The notes below the pieces were generated by a model. That model was not told the DNA's origin. It ran no database searches and saw nothing but the letters and a program-made list of their open reading frames with translations. DNA of 17,540 nt, taken from NCBI GenBank assembly GCA_036479435.1, contig JAZGFI010000058.1, positions 1 through 17,540 of the forward strand, read 5' to 3'. Below, piece after piece: positions 1 to 8,466 of the stretch. This DNA is from Planctomycetota bacterium (GTDB taxonomy: Bacteria; Planctomycetota; GCA-002687715; DRQF01). How positions within the stretch are numbered: the stretch's first letter is position 1; every line of letters begins with the position of its first letter. Both the position numbers and the translations under genes were made by a program.

Positions 1-1
1 C

Positions 2-2230
2 GACCCCGTCAACCACGACGTCACTGTCTTGGTTCCGGGCAACATGGTTTTGTCGATCACCACGGGTGCGAACCCGCAGGCTCCGGTTATCTTGTTGGGC
101 GCGATCACGCAGCCCAGCCCGGTGGTCATTACCGTCCCCTGGGGTGGCTCGCTTGACCTTGGTGTTGCTGGCGGCCCCGCCGGTCTCACCGGGGTTGAAC
201 TGATCGTCGACGGCAACAACCCGACGAGCATCCCTGACTTTTTTGCGGCGTCTGACGATGGCCTTCCTGGCCTCGGCATCCTCCCGGAATACCTCTTGGT
301 CTACAGCGGCGGCTCGAACCTTGCCGGCGTGGCTTTTGCGTTCCAGGGCATCATCCTCGATCCCTCCGCTACGGCCGGCCTCGACAGCACGGAAGTCGTT
401 GATGCTAACTTTGTCCTCGGTACCGCGATCGTTGCAGGTACGGGTGATGACGGCAGCTTTGAAGTGCCCTTCAGCTTCGGCAACACCTTCGAATTCCACG
501 GCGTCAGCCACACCAGCGCCTGGGTCGTCGGCAACGGCTTCATGACTTTTGGTGCGATGACCACAATGGCTTTTGGTGGATTCAACCGTGACAACGTGCT
601 CTGGCTCAACGATCAGCCCAGCATCGCTCCTAGTTACGGAGACTGGGCTCCGGGTGGCATCGGCATGCCTTCGGGACCCAACAACAACACCGGCGTCCTC
701 GTCGAGCAAGTTGGCAACATTGCCAACATCGTCTGGGGTGACCCGCAGGTTGGCGAAGTGTCTCACTTTATGGACGGCGACCTCAACACCTTCGGTGCGA
801 CTCTGACCCTCAACGACGGCGTTGACACAAACCAAGGCTTCTTCAGCATTCAGTGGCCCTTGATCGACCCCGCGGTTACCAACGAATTCGGCAACGGCCT
901 CATTGGTCATACCCCGGGCGCGGTCATCGCCGGTGGCGCGGCTGATCAAGACCTCAACAACATCGATGGAAGCGGTGCCGTCGGTGCTGCGAACGAAGCT
1001 CAGTTCGAGGAGCACGATTTCGCCGCCAACGCTTTTTCCACTATCGGTGGTGACGGCCTCGGTCTTCGTCGTAGCTACAACAACTTCACCATCAACAAAG
1101 CCGGTCGCAGCATCGACTTCATCCCCCTGACCACGACCTTGGCGGGAGATGGCGGTTACCTCGCCTTAGGTGACCACCTGGTCAACGCTCAGCCGGACGA
1201 CGCCACTGAATTCGTGGCCTCGAACTCGTTCACGACTACGGGCGGTGAATTCCGCGCCATCGGTGGAGTGTTCTTGAATTTTGATGCGGGCCTGGGTTCC
1301 GTCACTTTCGATCCCGCAGGAACTCAATCTGGTCCGTTCCTCGCGGTCGTCAACGGTGTCTACGATGACACCGGCAGCAGCGGATTCTCGATCCCGAACC
1401 CCGATACGCTTACCTTCCGTAGCGGCCAGGGCCTCGAAATCGTGACCAACCCGATGCCTGGCCTCTCCGGCGCGGTCGATGTCTTGGTTGACTTCGGCAA
1501 CGGCTCGACCTTTACGATTCAGGCCAACATCAACGCTCCAGGCAGCGTTTTCACGAGCTACACCTTAGGCGATGATGACTCCGTTAACCACGTCCTTCAG
1601 ACTGGCAACACCATCACCTGGTACGGTGTGACCTACACCGACCTCAACATCAGCTCGAACGGCCCGGTCACCTTCGGTGGTAGCACTACGGATTTCGGCA
1701 ATAGCGTTCCCAGCATGCTCAGTGGTTTTGGTGGCGCGGCCCTTCCCGGTGCTTCCGCGGTCTGGGCTGACCTCGACGGTGACTCCGGTGGCACCTACGA
1801 AGTCCTCGAAAACACTATCCTGCTCAACACCACGGTCATCTTTAACAACTGCGTTGAATTTGTGGGGGCAGGTTCGCTCGGAGTCTGGAGTGCGCAGTTC
1901 GAAGCCCTCGGCCCGAACACCTGCATCATGGACTACACCGGCATGGCCGGTGCAGCCAACGTTATCGGCGGCGGCAGCACCACGGGTGTTACCAACGGCG
2001 ACGACACTATGGGATCCCAAACGGACCTCTCCGACACGCTCGGAACCGGTATTGACGCGGCGATCCTCGCGGCCGCCGGTACCTATTCAAGTTCTGGCTC
2101 AGCGGCCATTCTCCCCGACAACATCGGTGAAGACGTTCCTGGCGGATTTGACTACAGCAGCATCGCGGGTGGATTGGGTACTCGTACCTGGATCGACGCC
2201 GCCGGCATTGGTGACTGGATTCTCTTCTAA
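2..2230 (+). CDS. Large acidic Gly/Thr-rich extracellular or surface protein, 5'-truncated: beta-sandwich domain + NIDO-like domain + IPT/TIG-like domain + second NIDO-like domain
   Basis: The frame is open from nt 2 (DPVNHDVTVL...), so the TTG at 29 is probably internal. Stop TAA at 2228-2230 is followed by a strong terminator. Two copies of a GDD-x(9-10)-[FI]x[FW][HY]G-x2-[HY]T-x5-NG-x2-TFG motif start at ~442 and ~1568. An IPT/TIG-like stretch (GGEFRAIGG..F..SVTF...LEIVTNP..SGAVDVLV) lies at ~1190-1540. Only 1 Lys and ~7 Arg in 733 aa. Confidence 0.8.
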   Translation, partial: DPVNHDVTVLVPGNMVLSITTGANPQAPVILLGAITQPSPVVITVPWGGSLDLGVAGGPAGLTGVELIVDGNNPTSIPDFFAASDDGLPGLGILPEYLLVYSGGSNLAGVAFAFQGIILDPSATAGLDSTEVVDANFVLGTAIVAGTGDDGSFEVPFSFGNTFEFHGVSHTSAWVVGNGFMTFGAMTTMAFGGFNRDNVLWLNDQPSIAPSYGDWAPGGIGMPSGPNNNTGVLVEQVGNIANIVWGDPQVGEVSHFMDGDLNTFGATLTLNDGVDTNQGFFSIQWPLIDPAVTNEFGNGLIGHTPGAVIAGGAADQDLNNIDGSGAVGAANEAQFEEHDFAANAFSTIGGDGLGLRRSYNNFTINKAGRSIDFIPLTTTLAGDGGYLALGDHLVNAQPDDATEFVASNSFTTTGGEFRAIGGVFLNFDAGLGSVTFDPAGTQSGPFLAVVNGVYDDTGSSGFSIPNPDTLTFRSGQGLEIVTNPMPGLSGAVDVLVDFGNGSTFTIQANINAPGSVFTSYTLGDDDSVNHVLQTGNTITWYGVTYTDLNISSNGPVTFGGSTTDFGNSVPSMLSGFGGAALPGASAVWADLDGDSGGTYEVLENTILLNTTVIFNNCVEFVGAGSLGVWSAQFEALGPNTCIMDYTGMAGAANVIGGGSTTGVTNGDDTMGSQTDLSDTLGTGIDAAILAAAGTYSSSGSAAILPDNIGEDVPGGFDYSSIAGGLGTRTWIDAAGIGDWILF

Positions 2231-2299
2231 GCCTAAGCTTCCAAGGTCTTCCTAAGACCAAAGCTCTAAGGTCTTGTTTCCAAGACCGCGCTTCCACGG

Positions 2300-2332
2300 G
2301 GCCGAAGCCGCAAGGTTTCGGCCTCTTCTTTT
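2300..2332 (+). terminator. Rho-independent terminator
   Basis: Stem GGCCGAAGCC / GGTTTCGGCC with a GCAA (GNRA) loop, followed by TCTTCTTTT, 70 nt after the surface-protein stop. Confidence 0.85.
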
Positions 2333-2394
2333 GTCTCGAGATTTTCTACTGCGACCCGCTTTCAGCTCCAGGAAATCGGCGGCCCCCTTGGACC

Positions 2395-2451
2395 TTCCGT
2401 CTCTTCCGGGGAAGGGATAGAATCCCGAAGATCCCGAGACCCATTAGGAGA
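2395..2451 (+). promoter_or_regulatory. Putative sigma70 promoter and RBS of the acyl-CoA dehydrogenase
   Basis: TAGAAT (-10-like) at 2418-2423, weak -35-like TTCCGT 17 nt upstream, and AGGAGA at 2446-2451, 5 nt before ATG 2457. Confidence 0.45.
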
Positions 2452-2456
2452 CTTGT

Positions 2457-3671
2457 ATGTCCGCTTTGGACACTCCCGACAATGCAATGTGGCGCGAACG
2501 CGCCCGCGGTGTCGCCGACAAGGTTCTTCGCCCCTTGGCCAAGAAATACGACGACCTCCAAGAATATCCTTGGGAGATTCGCGACGCTTTGGCCGAGGCT
2601 GGCCTCATGCGTTGCTGGATTCCCAAGGAGTACGGCGGCGAGGCGAGCGACTCCCCCAACTTAAACCTCTGCATCGTCGTGGAAGAGCTCTCCAAGGCCG
2701 ACCCGGCCATCGGCGTGCTCTACGCTGTCAACGCGCTGGGCTCAGTGCCCATCATCGTGGGCGGCACCGAAGAGCAGAAGAAAAAATACCTACCCAAGGT
2801 TGCCACTGGCGAGACGCTCTGCGCCTTTTGCCTGAGCGAAAAAACCGCCGGCAGCGATGCCCAAGGGCTCAAAGTACGCGCGGTGGACGTGGGCCACGGC
2901 GACTACGAAATCCACGGCGAAAAAAAGTGGACCACCAACGGCGGCGCCGCCGATCTCTACACCGTTTTCTGCGTTACTGACCCCGAAAGCCGGGCCAAGC
3001 GCATCTCGGCCTTTATTGTCGAAAAGACCATGCCCGGATTTTCGATCGGCAAAGTCGAGGACAAAATGGGCATCCGCGCGGTGCCGGTCGTCGAGACCAT
3101 TTTCAAGGGTGTGCGCGTCAGCACCGACCATTTGCTCGGTGGCAAAGCTGGCCATGGTTTCAAACACGCCATGAAAACCCTTGATCGCGCTCGGCCCAGT
3201 GTCGCCGCTCAGGGTATGGGTTGTGCCCAGGGCGCTTTGGATTTGGCGACCATCTACGCCGGTCGTCGCCAACAATTCGGCAAGACCATCGGCAACTTCC
3301 AAATGGTGCAGCAAATGCTCGCCGATATGGCCGCCAAGACGGAAGCCGCACGACAACTCGTCTACGCCTCGGCGCGCATGTTGGATTTGGGAATGCCCAA
3401 CACGACCCGTATGGCTGCCCAAGCGAAGCTCTTCGCTACCGACGTCGCGATGGCCGTCACCACCGACGCCGTGCAGATTTTCGGAGGCTACGGCTACATG
3501 AAAGACTATCCCATCGAAAAGTTCATGCGCGACGCCAAGATCACTCAGATCTACGAAGGCACCAATCAAGTGCAACGTATCGTAGTTGCGCGTTCGGTGC
3601 TAAAGGCGGAAGGACTCGATCATCTCAACGAGTTCATCCCCGACGAAGAGCAAGACATCTACGCCGAATAG
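2457..3671 (+). CDS. Acyl-CoA dehydrogenase (short/branched-chain-like family)
   Basis: Motifs IPKEYGG, AFCLSEKTAGSDA, GEKKWTTNG, EDKMGIRA, RRQQFGKTI, DAVQIFGGYGY and RDAKITQIYEGTNQVQR (catalytic Glu); good RBS. Confidence 0.95.
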   Translation: MSALDTPDNAMWRERARGVADKVLRPLAKKYDDLQEYPWEIRDALAEAGLMRCWIPKEYGGEASDSPNLNLCIVVEELSKADPAIGVLYAVNALGSVPIIVGGTEEQKKKYLPKVATGETLCAFCLSEKTAGSDAQGLKVRAVDVGHGDYEIHGEKKWTTNGGAADLYTVFCVTDPESRAKRISAFIVEKTMPGFSIGKVEDKMGIRAVPVVETIFKGVRVSTDHLLGGKAGHGFKHAMKTLDRARPSVAAQGMGCAQGALDLATIYAGRRQQFGKTIGNFQMVQQMLADMAAKTEAARQLVYASARMLDLGMPNTTRMAAQAKLFATDVAMAVTTDAVQIFGGYGYMKDYPIEKFMRDAKITQIYEGTNQVQRIVVARSVLKAEGLDHLNEFIPDEEQDIYAE

Positions 3672-3692
3672 CTGCATAGCTCGACGCGAAAA

Positions 3693-3736
3693 ACCAAAGC
3701 CTCTTGGGAGCTAAGTAGCTGCCAAGAGGCTTCGGT
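3693..3736. terminator. Likely bidirectional terminator between the convergent acyl-CoA dehydrogenase and fabL-like genes
   Basis: AAGCCTCTTGG (3697-3707) pairs with CCAAGAGGCTT (3722-3732), with inner AGCT/AGCT and outer ACC/GGT pairs; an A-run on the left gives a U-tract on the minus strand. Confidence 0.75.
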
Positions 3737-3761
3737 CATTTACTGGAGGTCCCGAATTGGC

Positions 3762-4556
3762 TTAGGCGAGGACGGAAGAACCGCCATCGATGACGAGGAT
3801 TTGGCCGTGGATCTGTGCGGCGTAACGACTGCATAAAAACAGCACGACGTCGGCGATATCAGCTGGCGTCGTTAGGCGCCCGGAGGGGGTCTTGCCGATG
3901 GCGTTGCTCAGCATCTCTTCGCGGTTGGGAAAATGCGTGAGGGCCTCGGTATCAACTAAGCCCGCGGAGACGGCATTGACGTTGACCCCTTGGGGAGCCA
4001 GCTCCATCATCAAGTGGCGAATCATGCTCTCCAGCGCGCCCTTGGAGGCGCCCACCGCAAAGTAATTGGGCAGGGCTCGCGTGGCCCCCAACGAAGAAGT
4101 CGCCACGATGTTGGCGCGCCGTCCGGGCTCCATGAGCTTCACGGCCCCTTGGGCCAGGGGCAAGATCGCCGAGGCGTTGATCGTCATCGTCCAATCGAGG
4201 TGCTTGGGCGTCATTTCCATTGCGGGTCTTAGGACCCCTGATGCCGCATTGGAGACCAAGGTGTCGAGTCGCCCCCAGGCATCACCAATGATGTCATACA
4301 TCTTGGCGACCTTGTCGGCATCCGCGACGTTGCCCTTCACCAACAAGTGGCCGTCTCCGTACTCGGAAAGGGCCGCCAAGGTGTTGTCGGCAGCCTCGCG
4401 GTTTCGCAAATAGTTGACCGCGACTTTAGCCCCGCTTTTTGCAAATGCGAGGGCAATGGCCTTGCCGATTCCGCGGGTGCCGCCGGTCACAAAGACCCTG
4501 CTTTCCCCGAAATCGAGTCGCTCCGTCATCTTGCCGTCTTGGGAAGTGCTCATCAT
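3762..4556 (-). CDS. fabL: Enoyl-[ACP] reductase, FabL type (SDR family)
   Basis: TGGTRGIG Rossmann motif, FabL-typical NAASGVLRP, Y-x6-K (NYFAVGASK) and VDTEALTHFPNREEML, which closely resemble B. subtilis FabL as recalled. Start may be ATG 4556, 4553 or 4529. Confidence 0.85.
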   Translation of the reverse strand: MMSTSQDGKMTERLDFGESRVFVTGGTRGIGKAIALAFAKSGAKVAVNYLRNREAADNTLAALSEYGDGHLLVKGNVADADKVAKMYDIIGDAWGRLDTLVSNAASGVLRPAMEMTPKHLDWTMTINASAILPLAQGAVKLMEPGRRANIVATSSLGATRALPNYFAVGASKGALESMIRHLMMELAPQGVNVNAVSAGLVDTEALTHFPNREEMLSNAIGKTPSGRLTTPADIADVVLFLCSRYAAQIHGQILVIDGGSSVLA

Positions 4557-4606
4557 CCATCCTCAGAAGTTTCGAGGCATCATTGTGGTGAAGACCGCGC
4601 CTTTCC

Positions 4607-5068
4607 TCAACCGGTGGAATCCGCTTTCGGGGAGGCCTTTGCGGGCACCATGAATCGTTCCAAATTGCGGCGGATGTCGTCGGGGATGGCCAAGGACTCA
4701 AAAGTCGCCATCTTGACGAGCACCGTGGTGACCTTGGCCTCGACCCGAAAGGGTTCATCTTTTTCGATCCGGCCGCGATAGCGGAGCGTTAGAGACTTGG
4801 TCCCAATGGCAAGAACCTGGACGCTGAGCTCAAGATCGACCCCGTAGGGGATCGGCAAGATGTAGTCCACTTCGGCTCGAACGGCTGGGAAGCCGAGGTC
4901 GGCCACGCTCAGAAACTCGGAATAATGCATCCCGGCCACTTCGCCCACAAAGGCCTCAAAGGCCTGATGGCAGTAGTGCAGCAGCTTGGGGTAGTACAAG
5001 ATCCGGGCGTAGTCCACGTCGCCAAAGGCCACAGGTCGACGGGATCGAAACACCTCACCACCAGGCAT
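4607..5068 (-). CDS. Acyl-CoA thioesterase, 4HBT/YbgC hot-dog family
   Basis: FGDVDYARILYYPK active-site motif and FPAVRAEVDY..P..YG. ATG at 5068 overlaps the upstream TGA (TGATG coupling). Confidence 0.88.
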   Translation of the reverse strand: MPGGEVFRSRRPVAFGDVDYARILYYPKLLHYCHQAFEAFVGEVAGMHYSEFLSVADLGFPAVRAEVDYILPIPYGVDLELSVQVLAIGTKSLTLRYRGRIEKDEPFRVEAKVTTVLVKMATFESLAIPDDIRRNLERFMVPAKASPKADSTG

Positions 5069-5634
5069 CAACTCAGCTCCTTTAGCAGTGGCAGCAAAGC
5101 CTTGAAGGCTTCGTCGTCGCCGCGGTCAAGGCATTCGAAGATCACGCTCTCGACGCTCGCCAGGACCGCCCCTGCTGCTGCCATGCGATTCAAGCCCAAA
5201 GGCTGCGTGTGGGGCAAACGGCTCGCGGTCGCGTCAGCCGCGACAAATACCTCGTAGCCCGCTCGCAACAAATCCAATGCCGTGGCCTGCACGCAAATGT
5301 GGGCCTCAATGCCACAAAGGATGACCTGCTCGCGTTCAAGGTCCCGAAGAGCTTGGCCAAAGCTGGCTTCGCCACAGCACGAAAACGTCATTTTCTCAAT
5401 ACGGGTTTCTCTAGGCGTCAGCCCGACCTCTGCGAGTGTCGCTCCCAAACGCTGTGAGTACTGTTCCGTGGCGAGGATCGGGATTTCAAGCCTTCGCGCT
5501 GCTGCCACCAAAGTAGCGATGCGCGGCAGCCAGCCGCCTGGGGACCCCATGAGCGGGACGAGTTTCTCCTGGACGTCAACGACACACAGGACGGCGCGGC
5601 CCCCTTCGAGGCGATTTCGGGCAGTGTTTTTCAA
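5068..5634 (-). CDS. Isochorismatase-family cysteine hydrolase (YcaC/ISOC-like)
   Basis: Catalytic triad context VVDVQEKL (D), IEKMTFSC (K), GIEAHICVQATALD (C). TTG start with AAGGAG just upstream. Confidence 0.92.
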   Translation of the reverse strand: MKNTARNRLEGGRAVLCVVDVQEKLVPLMGSPGGWLPRIATLVAAARRLEIPILATEQYSQRLGATLAEVGLTPRETRIEKMTFSCCGEASFGQALRDLEREQVILCGIEAHICVQATALDLLRAGYEVFVAADATASRLPHTQPLGLNRMAAAGAVLASVESVIFECLDRGDDEAFKALLPLLKELS

Positions 5635-5721
5635 ATCCAGCTCCTTAGACCGCGCAAGTTTTGCGCTCCTTCGAAGAACAACAGGGATTCTTAAGGGTTT
5701 GGACCCTAGCTCTGATTCTAA

Positions 5722-5750
5722 TTGCCGAAGCCCGGGCGGCCTGGAATAAT
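5722..5750 (+). promoter_or_regulatory. Putative sigma70 promoter for the nuclease gene
   Basis: TTGCCG (5722-5727), 17-nt spacer, then extended -10 TG-n-AATAAT (5742-5750), 9 nt before ATG 5760. Confidence 0.5.
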
Positions 5751-5759
5751 GCGCGCACT

Positions 5760-6695
5760 ATGGGAAAACTCGTCAACGAACTATCTTGGTCGCGCAGCCG
5801 AATCTCAACCTTAGAAAACTGCAAGCGGCAGTACTACTACCAGTACTACCAAAAGTGGGGAGGTTGGAGTTGGGACGCCGACGAGTCTGCCAAACAGTCC
5901 TACTTCTTCACCAAGATGACGAATCTCCCGATGCTCTGCGGCCACGCCGTGCACGAGACCATCAAGCGAATCTTGGAGGACATTCGAGACCACGGAGAGA
6001 TCCGCCTCGCAAATCCCAGCGATTACGTGCGACGAGAGCTCCTTAGCCGAACTTGGCAAGACGCTGAAAAGGAACTTTGGCGCAAGAACCTGAAGAACCA
6101 CCCTCCGGTCTTCGAGATCTACTACGCGGGGATGAAACCACCGCCTGCAGTCTTAAAACAGATGGGAGCCAAGGCGTCTCGCTGCGTCGAGAACTTCCTC
6201 GCGGGCAATCTCTTTCAGGACCTGAAAAAAGACGACTCGAAACGCTGGCTCGCGGTGGACGAGGGTCCTTCTTTTGAAGAAGACCAAAAACTGAAACTCG
6301 ACGGCCGCACGCTATGGGCCCTTCCCGACTTCGCACGCGAAAATACCAACGGCGAATGCGAAATCTGGGATTGGAAGACCGGGCGCAAAAACCCCAATGA
6401 CGCGATGCAGTTGCAGTCCTATGCCCTCTTCGCGCGAGACCGTTGGGGCTACGACCCGGACCAGATTCGGCTCTTTGGCTATTACCTCGACGACAAAAAA
6501 GACTTCGAGTACGAGTGCAATGCCGACACGCTCGCGGCGGTCGAAGAACGTATCCGAAGAGACTTTCGCATCATGGAGAGCCTGTTGTCGGACGTCGCTT
6601 CCAATTCCCCGGAAGCGCCCGAGACGCATTTTCCGCAAATCGACGATCTCGATAGCTGTCGCAAGTGCCTGTTTAAGGAACTCTGCGGGCGTTAG
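5760..6695 (+). CDS. PD-(D/E)XK nuclease, RecB/AddB/Cas4-like, with predicted 4Fe-4S staple
   Basis: N-terminal SWSRSRISTLENCKRQYYY, G-x3-H (GHAVH), PD...EIWDWKTG, QxxxY (QLQSY) and C-terminal CRKC-x5-C. ATG 5760 fits the family N-terminus better than TTG 5661. Confidence 0.88.
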   Translation: MGKLVNELSWSRSRISTLENCKRQYYYQYYQKWGGWSWDADESAKQSYFFTKMTNLPMLCGHAVHETIKRILEDIRDHGEIRLANPSDYVRRELLSRTWQDAEKELWRKNLKNHPPVFEIYYAGMKPPPAVLKQMGAKASRCVENFLAGNLFQDLKKDDSKRWLAVDEGPSFEEDQKLKLDGRTLWALPDFARENTNGECEIWDWKTGRKNPNDAMQLQSYALFARDRWGYDPDQIRLFGYYLDDKKDFEYECNADTLAAVEERIRRDFRIMESLLSDVASNSPEAPETHFPQIDDLDSCRKCLFKELCGR

Positions 6696-6707
6696 TGGGT
6701 TCTGGGC

Positions 6708-7430
6708 TTAGTCCAACTCGGGGTCGAATCGATAGCCAATGCCGCGCACGGTGACGATATTCTTCGCGCAACTGCCAAGTTTGCGGCGAATGTTACGGAC
6801 ATGGACGTCGATGTTGCGCTCAATGACTTGCACGCCCTCGCCCACGACGCTCGTGAGAAGGTCGCGACGTTTGAAGGCACGCCCGGGGTTCTGCATGAGG
6901 AACTGAAGCAACCGAAATTCGGCGAGGGTCAGGTTAACGGTCTCATCCGAGAGCGTCACAACATGGCGACCCGGATCTAAGACGAGATCGCCGACGCGGA
7001 TCTTGCCGCCTTCCTTTTCGTCGCCGGCGTTGCCGATGAGTTTTCCGCGGCGCAAGGCGGCCTTCACCCGCGCGACCAACTCCAGCCCCGAGAACGGTTT
7101 CTTGACGTAGTCGTCGGCTCCCGCGCCAAGGCCGATCACGATGTTTTGGTCTTCGGTGAGCGATGTCAGCATGATGATCGGAAGGTTGACGTTTCCTTCA
7201 TCACTGCGAATGCTGCGACACAGCTCTCTGCCGTCCATCCCGGGCAACATGATGTCGAGAACGGCGAGATCGACACCGCCGCGTCGAACCCGCGCTAAAC
7301 CCTCTTCGCCGTTGCTACACCAATCGACCTGAAACCCGCTACGCTCTAGGTTCCTGCGAATGATTTCGGCAACGTCTGGTTCATCCTCGACGAGGAGAAT
7401 CGTTTCCTTCACCTGAGTCATGGACTCCAC
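6708..7430 (-). CDS. OmpR/PhoB-family DNA-binding response regulator (no adjacent kinase)
   Basis: LLVEDE, LDIMLPGMDG (phospho-Asp), IIMLT, GADDYVKKPF and wHTH RNIDVHVRNIRRKL...TVRGIGYRF. Start GTG 7430 or ATG 7421. Confidence 0.95.
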   Translation of the reverse strand: MESMTQVKETILLVEDEPDVAEIIRRNLERSGFQVDWCSNGEEGLARVRRGGVDLAVLDIMLPGMDGRELCRSIRSDEGNVNLPIIMLTSLTEDQNIVIGLGAGADDYVKKPFSGLELVARVKAALRRGKLIGNAGDEKEGGKIRVGDLVLDPGRHVVTLSDETVNLTLAEFRLLQFLMQNPGRAFKRRDLLTSVVGEGVQVIERNIDVHVRNIRRKLGSCAKNIVTVRGIGYRFDPELD

Positions 7431-7722
7431 GCTTTCTAATCTCCATTTTCCGCGAGCCTCCCTTTCTGACGGGGCGGCCGCGATCTTCCCTCACGCCAAT
7501 GGTAAGCAAATCACGGCGAAGGTCGAAAGCCTTATTCGCTAGTACCAATCATCCAAGGCGAATTTGATCAACATTTGGCGCCGCTAACTTGTAGAGGTTG
7601 ATTCCCAAGGTGCAGATGATAACCGGTCGCAACACCCCCCCCCCGGGGTCAGGACCGCGACAACGACGCTCCGAAACGCGCCAGCAACATTCAGGGCTTG
7701 CCGGCGCCGTGGCTGGCGCGGC

Positions 7723-8466
7723 TTAGGAGCCCGCCGCCTCATCGCCATCGTCACTCTCTGCCCAATGGCTCAAGGCTCGCCAGTTGGCGGGCAAATCGCC
7801 TCTGCTCGATTGCAGTTTGGCCAGGACTCGCCGCGCTTCTTTTTTGCTGCCGGTCTTGCGTAGAGCCACCAGGTACGCGTGAGTAAGCTCTAAGCGCAAG
7901 GGTTGCCGACGGTGGGCTTCGGCCAAAAGCAAGACCGCGGTCCTCGCGTCTTCCTTCAATATCAAGCCCACCCCCAAGCTCTCGATGAGACCGCGGCGAT
8001 TGGGCTCCGTCGCAAAAACCGAGCGCAAGTAACCAACGCCTAACTCGGCGTAGATCCGGGAACGCGGTGTCCTACGGAATCGCTCCGCCCCTTGAACGTA
8101 CATGATGCCGACCTGAAACCAGCCCTCGACGGAACGGGGAGCCGCGGCCGCCGCGCCGATCGCCGCCGCTTCGAACCTGACGGAATCACCTTTGCGGGCG
8201 TGGCAATTTGCAATTCCGACCCGTGCCAGAAGCGAGTTCGGATCGGCAGCGAGGGCTTTTCTGAATCCTTTAAGACTCTCGTCGACCTTGCCATCCCGCA
8301 GTTGCTGCGCGGCGCTTCGCTCGAGCTCGTTGGCGCCGATCTTCGGGGAGGCGCAGCCTTGCCCCAGAATCATCCAAAGGACTAATCCCACGAACCCGCA
8401 GGCCGCAGCACACCATCGGCGCCTGGGACTCAGGTTCAAGTGCGGGCTCATCTTTGCGGTCAGCAT
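7723..8466 (-). CDS. TPR-repeat putative lipoprotein
   Basis: ATG 8466 overlaps the upstream TGA. Basic N-region plus hydrophobic stretch ending LGQG-C. TPR-like helices (FRKALAADPNS..ARVGIA; AAAPRSVEGWFQVG). Confidence 0.7.
   Translation of the reverse strand: MLTAKMSPHLNLSPRRRWCAAACGFVGLVLWMILGQGCASPKIGANELERSAAQQLRDGKVDESLKGFRKALAADPNSLLARVGIANCHARKGDSVRFEAAAIGAAAAAPRSVEGWFQVGIMYVQGAERFRRTPRSRIYAELGVGYLRSVFATEPNRRGLIESLGVGLILKEDARTAVLLLAEAHRRQPLRLELTHAYLVALRKTGSKKEARRVLAKLQSSRGDLPANWRALSHWAESDDGDEAAGS

Noticed and set aside
29..31. TTG start proposed by the ORF track for the first gene
   Set aside because: The frame is open to the window edge and no signal peptide or RBS is evident, so the gene most likely starts upstream.
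5661..5759. N-terminal extension of the nuclease ORF
   Set aside because: It overlaps the divergent promoter region; family-like sequence begins at ATG 5760.
7515..7540. GAAA-capped hairpin as a c-di-GMP or other riboswitch
   Set aside because: It lacks the conserved motif context and is on the strand opposite the downstream regulator.
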